Source: an uncultured Nitrososphaerota archaeon | GTDB taxonomy: Archaea > Asgardarchaeota > Njordarchaeia > Njordarchaeales > Panguiarchaeaceae | Direction: 5' to 3' | DNA length: 20,000 nucleotides | Assembly (NCBI GenBank): GCA_964636085.1 | Contig: CAZWPQ010000034.1 | Location: 1,991-21,990 of the forward strand | In this document: piece by piece, positions 8,788 to 16,970 of the stretch | Layout of the letters: each line of letters opens with the position of its first letter | Numbering within the stretch: position 1 is the first letter of the stretch | Notes under the pieces: generated by a model | Seen by the model: only the letters and a program-made list of their open reading frames with translations | Told to the model about the DNA's origin: nothing | Databases searched by the model: none | Program-made: the position numbers and the translations under genes

Positions 8788-9174
8788 TTGGGAAAAGACG
8801 CCAAGGAGGCTAAGAGCTTGGTGGATAGTAAAATTGTGCTAAAGATCGATGCAATAGAGACGCCGCGAGGGTTGGTTCCTACGATATCGAGCATAGAGAG
8901 CCTTGTTAATGCAATTAACAAAATTCTAAGTGAACTCTTTAACAGAATAGAACGCATAATGACCCTACTTGAAAATAACTCTAAGTGTATAAAAGACATA
9001 ACGTTAGTTCTAAATGGCTTGAAGTTGAGGATGGAATTCATAGAGAATCTTCTATCTGAAATAAAAGTTTATATTAGCGAACCTAGGAGGGAAGATAGTG
9101 TAAGGGATGTTGGTCAGCGTAAAAAAGATATTAAAAAGGAATTATTAGATATGATTGGTTCTAATGCCCCATGA
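8788..9174 (+). CDS. Hypothetical coiled-coil protein, last gene of the SMC/PriL/E1 block
   Basis: 128 aa, TTG start 6 nt after the E1 stop, central heptad-like segment (SLVNAINKILSELFNRIERIMTLLENNSKCIKDITLVLNGLKLRMEFIENLLSEI). Confidence 0.5.
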   Translation: MGKDAKEAKSLVDSKIVLKIDAIETPRGLVPTISSIESLVNAINKILSELFNRIERIMTLLENNSKCIKDITLVLNGLKLRMEFIENLLSEIKVYISEPRREDSVRDVGQRKKDIKKELLDMIGSNAP

Positions 9175-9802
9175 GGGCATATATAGAAAAGAAACTGGTA
9201 ATGAGTGATATGACGAAGAGTATAATGGGCCTTCTTATGTTCTGTTTTTCTACATAAGCATTCCCAACAAAAAGATTTAAAGTGAAGAATATTTTTGTGA
9301 GCGCTAAGATTATGCATGCACTTGTAATAGTCAGTATTAAGAACATGTCTGTTGGTTTGTTTTTGTATCCAAATGTAGTGGCAATAGACGTAAAAAAGAA
9401 CGTCGCTAATAGTGCCCCGAGTGATAATCCCATTATGAATGATAATAGGTTTATTTTCATGAGTGTTCTTTGGACTAATTCCTCTTGCCTAAGCTGAATC
9501 GTTATTTCCTTCTGCGCTACCAGCACTAAATTTTTGCATAATTTTACTATATATCGGGGGTTTTTGCTATAATACCTTAGCAGTAACACGATGCTTCTCA
9601 TAAGCTGACTGCTATGATACATGGAATATATTTTCGTCCATGTTCCTTCTGGATCGGCGATAAAATCTAGGGTTCTAATGTTTTTGATATAATCTATGAA
9701 GGATCTCTCAATGCATTTATACTCTGTTGCTCTATTGATTACCTTAAGAAGGGTAGACAATAATACTTCTTTTTCATTAGGTGAAATATCTTGTGTTTGC
9801 AT
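9161..9802 (-). CDS. Small membrane protein with about three predicted transmembrane segments, function unknown
   Basis: 213 aa; hydrophobic stretches INLLSFIMGLSLGALLATFFFTS, MFLILTITSACIILALTKIFFTL, PIILFVISLITSFFSIYALMG after a polar helical N-terminal half. This layout is loosely like a truncated T2SF/TadC domain. The 3' end overlaps the convergent 8788-9174 ORF. Confidence 0.5.
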   Translation of the reverse strand: MQTQDISPNEKEVLLSTLLKVINRATEYKCIERSFIDYIKNIRTLDFIADPEGTWTKIYSMYHSSQLMRSIVLLLRYYSKNPRYIVKLCKNLVLVAQKEITIQLRQEELVQRTLMKINLLSFIMGLSLGALLATFFFTSIATTFGYKNKPTDMFLILTITSACIILALTKIFFTLNLFVGNAYVEKQNIRRPIILFVISLITSFFSIYALMGH

Positions 9803-9927
9803 GAAGTAAGACCAATTTACCCAAAAATAGAGTTGCAGAAGCCAAATTAGGTGTCAATACATGTTTTTAAATATGATTGAATTTGATAAAAATAAGGCAT
9901 GTTACGAATAAATCTAAGTACTTATAG

Positions 9928-9935
9928 GGAGGTGG
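9928..9935 (+). promoter_or_regulatory. Shine-Dalgarno-like sequence of the elongation factor 2 gene
   Basis: GGGAGGTG located 7 nt before ATG at 9943. Confidence 0.6.
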
Positions 9936-9942
9936 AAAAATC

Positions 9943-12195
9943 ATGGTAAAGATCAAAGGAGCGGAAGAAATTCGTGGGTTAGTAAAAAAACTACCTCTAG
10001 AACAACGGAGAATATTTAGCATCACAGCTCATATAGATCATGGAAAAAGCACAATGTGTGATTTTTTGCTGGCGAGGGCTGGTCTTATGTCCCAAGAATT
10101 GGCTGGCGAGAAAAGGATGACAGACTACGATGAAGAGGAACAAAAGAGAATAATTACAATATTCACCACAGTAGTTAATCTACTCTATAAATATGGGGGG
10201 AAGGACTACCTAATACAGCTCAACGATACACCAGGCCACATATCATTCACAGGCGAAGTTTCAAGGGCAATACGTGCAAGTGATGGTATTATCTTATTGG
10301 TGGATGCTGTGGAAGGAGTAATGACACAGACAGTTACAAATTTAAGATTAGCCCTGCAAGAAGGATGTAAGCCCGTGCTATACATAAATAAGGTAGATAG
10401 GCTTATATCAGAATTAAGGTTAAGTCCCCAAGAAGTCGTAACACGTATCGACGCAATAATCAGAGAGGTAAATAAACTAATAGAAATGTATGCGCCAGAA
10501 CCTTTCAAGAAGGAATGGAAAGTTAATTTTATGGAGGGCACTGTCGCTATTGGATCGGCGAAGGACGGGTGGGGTTTCACATCAGATATCCTTAAAAAGA
10601 AATTTGAAGACCCCCGTGAGGGCTACATTAAGATCTTCAAAAAATATGAAGAAGGCGACATAAACTGGTTAAGAGAAAATCTACCCCTAGATGAGGCGAT
10701 ACTAGAGATGGTAATCAAGCACCTTCCAAGCCCCAAGGAGGCGCAAAAATACAAGATAGAGGCAATATGGCGGGGTAAGACGGATATAGACGTTTATGAC
10801 GCACTAATTAATGTGGATGCTAATGGCCCTCTCGTAGGTATGATTACGAAGATTTTCGTTCATCCTAGAACATTTCAAACTGTTCTAATTGGTAGAGTAT
10901 GGTCTGGGACACTTACAAATGATGTAGAGTTATATCTTTTGAGCAAGGGAACCACAGCAAGGCCTCATCGACTTGGGGTTATGGAGATAACGGATATATT
11001 AGATGTCGATGCGATACCAGCAGGAAACCTATTTGCCATGACGGGCTTTTTAGTTCCCGCGGGCGAAAGTTTTGTGACGGCAGAACTCTATAATGAATAC
11101 AAGGACATAATAGAGGCAGGAGAATTCGGTTTCGAACCCATCCCATATGCTAGCGAACCAGTTGTTTCTAGAGCAATTAGGCCAAAAGACCCTAATGAGC
11201 TAGATACGTTAGCTAGAGTTGCAGAAATGTGGGTGGCTGCTGATCCAACAGCAAAATTTTATCTGGATAGGGAATCCAATCAATACATCCTAGCGGGCGT
11301 GGATCCATTGCAACTAGAGATCCTTATAAAGAGGATAGGCATGAAGGTCCCTGTCGAGGTGGACGAACCAATAATAGTATATAGAGAGCGTGTCGAAAAA
11401 AGCGGGATTGAGGTCACTACGAAATCTCCAAATGCACTTAATCGTCTAACACTATATGTCGAACCACTGAGCAATGATGTTGCTGATGCTATAAGGAAAG
11501 GCCTGATAAAGGAGGAGCAAGACCCCAAGGCCAGAGCTAGGATACTCAGGGAGAACTTTGGATGGGAAACGCATTTGGCGCGCAATATAATTGCTATAGA
11601 GGAGACAAACATACTTATTAATGCGACGGTTGGTGTCCAAAGATTTGATAGGATCAAGGACTATATAATAGCAACATTTAGGGACTTTTGTAGAGGTGGA
11701 CCTCTCGCTAAGGAACCAATACAGCATATGAAGGTAGTGATAACCGATGCTGTTGTTCACGAAGACCCGGTGCATACTCAGATGGGACAAATATTTCCAA
11801 TGACTTTCTCTGCGTTAGCTGTGTCATTCTTAACAGGGAATCCAGCAATATTTGAACCAGTGCTAAGAGTAGATGTTAAGGCACCACAAAGATTCATGGG
11901 ACCGCTAATAACTCTGCTATCACAAAGAAGGGGCAGGATATATGAATCAACAATAGAGGGCGAAGATGTACATATAATAGCTCATGTACCCGTACCCGAA
12001 ACACTTGATTTAGCCGAAAGATTAAGGTCTATAACAAGTGGAAGGGCGTTCTTTGGATACCAATTCGAGACATGGTGGCGTGTGCCTGATTCAATGCAGG
12101 CTGATTTGATACGTAATATAAGGAGAAGGAAGAAACTAAAGGAAGAACCTCCAACAGTGAAAGATTTCGAAAGATTTATCTACCAACGAACATGA
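9943..12195 (+). CDS. fusA: Archaeal translation elongation factor 2 (aEF-2 or aEF-2 paralogue), divergent
   Basis: 750 aa: AHIDHGKST, DTPGH, NKVDR, EKRAMTD-like N-domain, domain IV ITDAVVHEDPVHTQMGQIFP, C-terminal SGRAFFGYQFETWWRVPDSM...RRRKKLKEEPPTVKDFERF. Collinear with Sulfolobus-type aEF-2 over its full length. Confidence 0.9.
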   Translation: MVKIKGAEEIRGLVKKLPLEQRRIFSITAHIDHGKSTMCDFLLARAGLMSQELAGEKRMTDYDEEEQKRIITIFTTVVNLLYKYGGKDYLIQLNDTPGHISFTGEVSRAIRASDGIILLVDAVEGVMTQTVTNLRLALQEGCKPVLYINKVDRLISELRLSPQEVVTRIDAIIREVNKLIEMYAPEPFKKEWKVNFMEGTVAIGSAKDGWGFTSDILKKKFEDPREGYIKIFKKYEEGDINWLRENLPLDEAILEMVIKHLPSPKEAQKYKIEAIWRGKTDIDVYDALINVDANGPLVGMITKIFVHPRTFQTVLIGRVWSGTLTNDVELYLLSKGTTARPHRLGVMEITDILDVDAIPAGNLFAMTGFLVPAGESFVTAELYNEYKDIIEAGEFGFEPIPYASEPVVSRAIRPKDPNELDTLARVAEMWVAADPTAKFYLDRESNQYILAGVDPLQLEILIKRIGMKVPVEVDEPIIVYRERVEKSGIEVTTKSPNALNRLTLYVEPLSNDVADAIRKGLIKEEQDPKARARILRENFGWETHLARNIIAIEETNILINATVGVQRFDRIKDYIIATFRDFCRGGPLAKEPIQHMKVVITDAVVHEDPVHTQMGQIFPMTFSALAVSFLTGNPAIFEPVLRVDVKAPQRFMGPLITLLSQRRGRIYESTIEGEDVHIIAHVPVPETLDLAERLRSITSGRAFFGYQFETWWRVPDSMQADLIRNIRRRKKLKEEPPTVKDFERFIYQRT

Positions 12196-12275
12196 AACCA
12201 TGGAAGCTAAAACCATTTTTTCTAAAAATTTATATAGGGTTTTTTGTTAAGTAATATTGTTATGATAGGCCAAGT

Positions 12276-12378
12276 GCCGGGGTTGCCGAGCTGGTACGGC
12301 GTCGGCCTGCTAGACGAGCGGCCATTGTAGAAAGCCGATGGCGTTTTCGCCTCGCGGGTTCGAGTCCCGCCCCCGGCA
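12276..12378 (+). tRNA. tRNA-Ser(GCU) with a 20-nt canonical-position intron (12313-12332)
   Basis: Acceptor GCCGGGG/CCCCGGC, D stem GCCG/CGGC, anticodon stem TCGGC/GCCGA, spliced loop CUGCUAA, variable arm GGCG-TTTT-CGCC, T arm GCGGG-TTCGAGT-CCCGC. A BHB-like 4-bp helix CUGC/GUAG flanked by 3-nt bulges UAG and AAA places the intron at 37/38. Confidence 0.88.
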
Positions 12379-12382
12379 TTTT

Positions 12383-12438
12383 GAATGATGAAGGTTCAAC
12401 CAACTGAGCACTGTGATGAATGCATGTCTTGCTGAAAA
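12383..12438 (+). ncRNA. C/D box sRNA (2'-O-methylation guide) between two tRNA genes
   Basis: Box C ATGATGA (12385-12391), 12-nt guide AGGTTCAACCAA, D' CTGA (12404-12407), spacer GCACT, C' GTGATGA (12413-12419), 12-nt guide ATGCATGTCTTG, D CTGA (12432-12435). Confidence 0.88.
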
Positions 12439-12458
12439 ACGGACTTGCCCCAGAGTTT

Positions 12459-12533
12459 GGGCCGGTAGCTCAGCCTGGGTAGAGCGTCCGGCTCTTAACC
12501 GGACGGTCGCGGGTTCAAATCCCGCCCGGCCCA
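12459..12533 (+). tRNA. tRNA-Lys(CUU)
   Basis: Acceptor GGGCCGG/CCGGCCC plus A73, anticodon stem TCCGG/CCGGA with loop CTCTTAA (anticodon 12494-12496), T arm GCGGG-TTCAAAT-CCCGC. Confidence 0.95.
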
Positions 12534-12620
12534 TTTGTGTAGTTATTTTCCTTTACTCGTGTAGGTAACGCTCATATATATCTTTTTATTAAGGTCTCAT
12601 TAAAGTTAGTTTGAACTTAG

Positions 12621-14108
12621 GTGATGCCTTTTGGAATGTCTATCAGGGTAAAAATTTCTGATACACTCCGTGGTGAAAAAATAGAGTTGACTAATAGGTT
12701 TGTAAGGGCATATTTCTGTGGTCCTACAGTATATGATGTGCCCCATCTGGGTCATGCGAGAGCGTATGTTATATTCGATGTTTTGATAAGACTGCTGAAG
12801 TATCTAGGATATAATGTAAAGTATGTAAGAAATATTACGGATGTAGATGACAAGATAATTAGAAGGGCTAATAGCGAGGGTGTATCGCCTTTTGAGATAG
12901 CGGAAAGATATTCCTATGAATTTCATGATGCTATGAGAGAGCTAGATGTAACTCCGCCAAATATCGAACCTCGTGCATCCGCTCATATACCCGAGATAAT
13001 TGAGTTTGTTAAGGGTCTCGTTGAGAAAGGCTATGCATATGAGACTCCTGATGGTGTATATTTCAGAGTGAGGAAATTTAGGGATTATGGTAAATTATCG
13101 AAAAGAAGTCTCGATGAGATGCGTGCTGGAGCGAGAGTAGAGCCTAGTCCATATAAAGAGCATCCACTTGATTTTGCTTTATGGAAAAAGTCAAAACCGG
13201 GGGAGCCGTATTGGGATAGCCCGTGGGGTAAAGGGAGGCCCGGTTGGCACATAGAATGCTCGGCGATGGTTTTAAAACATCTAGGAGAGACAATAGATAT
13301 TCATGGCGGAGGAGAAGATTTAATATTCCCTCATCATGAAAACGAAATAGCACAAAGTGAGGCCCTCACAGGGAAAACATTTTCTAGGATATGGTTTCAT
13401 GTAGGCTTGCTAACAATCGGAGAAGAAAAAATGGCTAAAAGTCTCGGTAATATAGTATCGGTTAAGCAGGCTCTTGAGAAATATGATGGTGAGACAATAA
13501 GGGTGTTTCTAATTAGTGTCCACTATAGAAAACAACTAGCGTTTAGCTGGTCGAAGCTTGATGAAGCTGAGAAAATGTTAGACGAAATATATAGAGGCCT
13601 CTTCTTAGCTGAATATTTAGGAGGCACAGCGTATGAAGGCGATATACGCGAGGATATAAAATCATATATAGATGAAACCAAGAGAAAATTCTTAGAGGCG
13701 CTCTCTGATAATCTAAACACAGTAGAGGCATTAAGGATTCTTAGAGATATAGCAAGAAAGGTTATAGCAACGCATAATGAAATGGAGCGAGGAGAGCTAG
13801 TGGCGATTGCAGGTCTCATGCGTGAACTTGGCAATATACTGGGCATACTAAAACAGACAATTGAGGATAGGATCAAGGAAAAAAAGAAGCGTAAGAAACC
13901 AATAGGATTGATTCTCCCTCCAGGCTACACACCGCCGGGGATGGGAATAGAGAAAGATCTCATAGAAATTATAATAAAGGTGCGTGAGGAGCTTAGGAGA
14001 AGAAAAATCTATGACCTAGCAGATGAGATAAGATCAAGACTTAAAGATGTGGGCATAATTCTCGAGGATACACTCGAAGGAACCAGATATGTAATTTCGC
14101 GAGTATAG
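12621..14108 (+). CDS. cysS: Cysteinyl-tRNA synthetase
   Basis: FCGPTVYDVPHLGHARAYVIFDVLIRLLKYLGYNVKYVRNITDVDDKII (HIGH region), HPLDFALWKKSKPGEPYWDSPWGKGRPGWHIECSAM, DIHGGGEDLIFPHHENEIAQSEA, and EEKMAKSLGN (KMSKS). Alternative starts exist at 12624 and 12636. Confidence 0.97.
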   Translation: MMPFGMSIRVKISDTLRGEKIELTNRFVRAYFCGPTVYDVPHLGHARAYVIFDVLIRLLKYLGYNVKYVRNITDVDDKIIRRANSEGVSPFEIAERYSYEFHDAMRELDVTPPNIEPRASAHIPEIIEFVKGLVEKGYAYETPDGVYFRVRKFRDYGKLSKRSLDEMRAGARVEPSPYKEHPLDFALWKKSKPGEPYWDSPWGKGRPGWHIECSAMVLKHLGETIDIHGGGEDLIFPHHENEIAQSEALTGKTFSRIWFHVGLLTIGEEKMAKSLGNIVSVKQALEKYDGETIRVFLISVHYRKQLAFSWSKLDEAEKMLDEIYRGLFLAEYLGGTAYEGDIREDIKSYIDETKRKFLEALSDNLNTVEALRILRDIARKVIATHNEMERGELVAIAGLMRELGNILGILKQTIEDRIKEKKKRKKPIGLILPPGYTPPGMGIEKDLIEIIIKVREELRRRKIYDLADEIRSRLKDVGIILEDTLEGTRYVISRV

Positions 14109-14115
14109 TCCCTTT

Positions 14116-14430
14116 TTATCTTTGCATTCTAGCTCTTTTAAGTTTTTGCCTCCAAATGTACTTACTGTGAATCTGCCTGCATTTTGTAGAATTTTTGGAT
14201 CTAAGCAATACTTGATTGAAAAGCTCAACGCTAGTAGTTTTTATTAGGTCCAGTATCTCACCAATGTTGTCTTCTGGAAAATTAGATTCTATCATATGAT
14301 CGACTATTCCAGCGAGCCTACTTATAGATGTTTCATCCCTCGCATGTTGGGATGGATGGCGTTTCTTAACGATTTCTAGAATCGTGATTACGCGGTGTTT
14401 TATTTGGTTAAACGTCATAGACATTTCCAA
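14116..14430 (-). CDS. Hypothetical small protein
   Basis: 104-aa ORF (MEMSMTFNQIKHRVITILEIVKKRHPSQHARDETSISRLAGIVDHMIESNFPEDNIGEILDLIKT...) filling the gap between cysS and the GTPase gene; amphipathic helical composition; no family recognised. Confidence 0.4.
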   Translation of the reverse strand: MEMSMTFNQIKHRVITILEIVKKRHPSQHARDETSISRLAGIVDHMIESNFPEDNIGEILDLIKTTSVELFNQVLLRSKNSTKCRQIHSKYIWRQKLKRARMQR

Positions 14431-14525
14431 ACACCGTTACTTCTAGTAAATCACTATTTTTTGGTCTTATTAAGTAATTTTTATGTAACTTATAATGACA
14501 GTAGGTAGTATCATATATGTAGCAA

Positions 14526-15404
14526 TTGAACTATAGACACGCTATTAGTTGGTGTGGCATCATGGTTATTAGGGCCGTAGCCTTATTTGATGCCTATGGT
14601 AATGAAATATTCTATAACACTTATGCCAATTTTACCCCGAACTTTCCTCTCCTTAATAGGATATTGCTAGGTATGAAGGAACACTTCATAAAGGAGGTTG
14701 ATTCGCTGGAAATGGGCCAGTATAGAATTTCGCTTATGATAACATCTAACTTTATGTTGTCGATATTGGCTGATAGGGTAAATAGTGCGGAGGAACTGGA
14801 AAAAGTATTAAGAAGACTCATGGAGGATGCAGTGGATATTTTTGGTGACGCCACTAAAGAAAGTGTGTCTAATGAGAGTGTTGAAAAATTTGAACAATGC
14901 GTGGAAGATGCAATAAAGATGATTCCAGTTAAGTGTACCTTGACTGGGTACGGGGGGGTAGGTAAGACGACAATAGTTAAGCTTGTTGCGAAGGGAATCA
15001 CAGTTAGTAAGCATATTCCTACGATACTAGCCGACGTGGAGGAGCTTCATATAGAGGGCATTGAACCGTTTAAAGTAACCCTATTCACTGTTGCTGGCCA
15101 GCCAGAATACTGGCGAACTTGGATGGTTACCACAGAAGGGTCGGACTTTGTGGTTCTCGTCACCGATTCGAGTGAAGAGGACGTTATTAGGCTTCAGAAG
15201 GAAATATTGCCATATCTGATGAAGATAACTCCGTATTCAAGATTTACGTTGATAGCTAATAAACAGGATCTTCCTGATAGATTGCCCCCTTCAGCGATAG
15301 AGGAGTTGACGGGATTTCCATCGTATCCACTTGTGGCTATATCTCCTGACGCCAAGGAAAGATTTATTGAAATTCTTAATTCGATGATAAGGGAGTTGCC
15401 TTAG
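14526..15404 (+). CDS. Small GTPase (MglA/Arf/Rag-like) with N-terminal longin/roadblock-like domain; likely start at ATG 14562
   Basis: N-terminal MVIRAVALFDAYGNEIFYNTY...LLGMKEHF, P-loop GYGGVGKTT, G3 region LFTVAGQPEYW, G4 IANKQDLPD. Confidence 0.8.
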   Translation: MNYRHAISWCGIMVIRAVALFDAYGNEIFYNTYANFTPNFPLLNRILLGMKEHFIKEVDSLEMGQYRISLMITSNFMLSILADRVNSAEELEKVLRRLMEDAVDIFGDATKESVSNESVEKFEQCVEDAIKMIPVKCTLTGYGGVGKTTIVKLVAKGITVSKHIPTILADVEELHIEGIEPFKVTLFTVAGQPEYWRTWMVTTEGSDFVVLVTDSSEEDVIRLQKEILPYLMKITPYSRFTLIANKQDLPDRLPPSAIEELTGFPSYPLVAISPDAKERFIEILNSMIRELP

Positions 15405-15427
15405 TTTTTCGATCTTTTAACATATGT

Positions 15428-16156
15428 TTGTGTTTAGCTTTTTTCATTAAGGCTACGTCGTGTAGAGTTATGGTGATATCGGAGAGAATTAGGCAGATAG
15501 TCTCAGAGTTAATAAAATTGGGTGCACATGCTGTATATGTCTCTGATAAAGATGGTCTAGAGATATGTTATATTGGGGATACTAACCTTAAAAGTTTCCT
15601 CCAATTGTTACCGTCTGTGAGAACATGGATACAATATCAGCTAGATATGAACTTCTTAATGTCTCTTCAAGCAAGATATAATCTAAACATAGCGTGCGAT
15701 GATATACCTATAATTCAGCTAAAATTCAAGATGGGGGCAATGAATAGCATATTAATGAGTTACCATGGATTATCGATAGGCTGCATTTATCCAAATAGCG
15801 TGGATATTGATCCAAGAAGTCTTTTAAAGATACTTAGAGAAATCTTTGATACTATGGCAGGTAGTGCTGGTGCGAGGGAGGATATAATCGATAAAGTAAG
15901 GCATTATATTTTAGAAGCCCGAAAAAACATAAGTGCTGGCGATAGGGAAGGACTTGTTGAAAACTTGGAGCACATAAAAACATATTTACTGGGATCCTCA
16001 AATCCCAATGTTAACAGGTATATTACACACATAGAGAGACTTCTAGATGTGCTAAGGGTTGCAGATTTGGGTGGAGAGGTAGAAAGAAAGGCTAAACGAA
16101 GTCTTTTATTGTTATTTAGGAATATAATAAAATCGCTGGAAACGGCAAAATCTTAG
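15428..16156 (+). CDS. Roadblock/LC7-like protein, likely partner of the upstream GTPase; likely start at ATG 15470
   Basis: MVISERIRQIVSELIKLGAHAVYVSDKDGLEICYIGD... matches the roadblock pattern 'GA..v.v.d.dGl.i...g'. Helical C-terminal extension of about 90 aa. Confidence 0.55.
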   Translation: MCLAFFIKATSCRVMVISERIRQIVSELIKLGAHAVYVSDKDGLEICYIGDTNLKSFLQLLPSVRTWIQYQLDMNFLMSLQARYNLNIACDDIPIIQLKFKMGAMNSILMSYHGLSIGCIYPNSVDIDPRSLLKILREIFDTMAGSAGAREDIIDKVRHYILEARKNISAGDREGLVENLEHIKTYLLGSSNPNVNRYITHIERLLDVLRVADLGGEVERKAKRSLLLLFRNIIKSLETAKS

Positions 16157-16171
16157 GCATCTGAGTGACAC

Positions 16172-16759
16172 ATGGAGATGCAAATGTTAACGGCGGGGAA
16201 TAAGGAGGGCATCGATAAGAAGAGCATAGCAGTTGTGGTTAATGTAGATGAAGATCGCATTGGTGCTGTAATAGGAACAAAACATTCAGTGATTAGAAGG
16301 ATTGAGTCTGCGTTGAAAGTAAGGGTTAAAGTTAAACGGGGGAAGGGAGAAGTTTTGATATTGTCCAGTAGGGAAAACATAGATAATGTTTTAAAAGCCA
16401 AGATGATAATAGAGGCGATTGCCAACGGGATACCATCCACATATGCGCTAGATGCTCTAGAAAAAGCGGATTATATACTGGAAATAATAAATATAGATGA
16501 TTATGCTAGGGGAAAGAAGGATCTAAGAAGGATTAAGTCAAGGATAATAGGTAGGGGGGGAAGGATTAAAAGAATTATCGAAGATGAACTTAATGTCAAT
16601 ATTTCAATTAGAGGTAAAAAAGTCGCGATACTCGGCAAATATACGAATGTTCAAGCTGCCAAAGATGCCATAATATCCATATGCAGGGGCAGTAAGCATG
16701 GCCGTGTGCTAAAGAAGATAGAAGAATTTAAGATGATTCAACAGTTGAGGGGGCTATAG
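16172..16759 (+). CDS. KH-domain rRNA-processing protein of the Pno1/Dim2/Krr1 family
   Basis: Two KH units: VDEDRIGAVIGTKHSVIRRIESALKVRVKV... and IKSRIIGRGGRIKRIIEDELNVNISIRGKKVAILGKYTNVQAAKDAI; C-terminal RGSKHGRVLKKIEEF. Confidence 0.87.
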   Translation: MEMQMLTAGNKEGIDKKSIAVVVNVDEDRIGAVIGTKHSVIRRIESALKVRVKVKRGKGEVLILSSRENIDNVLKAKMIIEAIANGIPSTYALDALEKADYILEIINIDDYARGKKDLRRIKSRIIGRGGRIKRIIEDELNVNISIRGKKVAILGKYTNVQAAKDAIISICRGSKHGRVLKKIEEFKMIQQLRGL

Positions 16760-16781
16760 CTGAGGGTACTATAATAACAGC

Positions 16782-16970
16782 TCATAATCTTCGTCTACGA
16801 GGAGGTTGACCGATTCTATATCCTTTCACAAATCTCTTCCAATAAGCTTCGCGTTTAGCTAGTCTTGGTATGGGAGTGTGTCTCTCCTTGGGCGTAATTC
16901 CTAGCATTCTTAATGCTTCTAGAGTAGCACGCCTAACTTTTCCTGCTTTGTCCAGGGAGCCATGAGTCAT
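16782..16970 (-). CDS. Small ribosomal subunit protein eS30 (S30e)
   Basis: MTHGSLDKAGKVRRATLEALRMLGI...PIPRLAKREAYWKRFVKG: the S30e hallmark HGSL.KAGKVR.T and basic C-terminus. Confidence 0.82.
   Translation of the reverse strand: MTHGSLDKAGKVRRATLEALRMLGITPKERHTPIPRLAKREAYWKRFVKGYRIGQPPRRRRL

Noticed and set aside
8649-9497. ORFs 8649-9041 (-), 9114-9317 (-) and 9282-9497 (+)
   Set aside because: Opposite-strand or alternative-frame readings of the E1/coiled-coil genes and the membrane protein gene.
10206-11790. Minus-strand ORFs 10206-10580, 11280-11657, 11452-11790
   Set aside because: Antisense shadows of aEF-2.
12310-12534. ORF 12310-12534 (-)
   Set aside because: Reverse complement of tRNA-Ser, the C/D sRNA and tRNA-Lys; the 'GFEPATVR' and 'RGRDSNPRGE' strings are the familiar artefacts of translating tRNA T arms.
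13144-14228. ORFs 13144-13353, 13523-13876, 13543-13731 (-) and 14034-14228 (-)
   Set aside because: Antisense to or overlapping cysS, with no protein-like signature.
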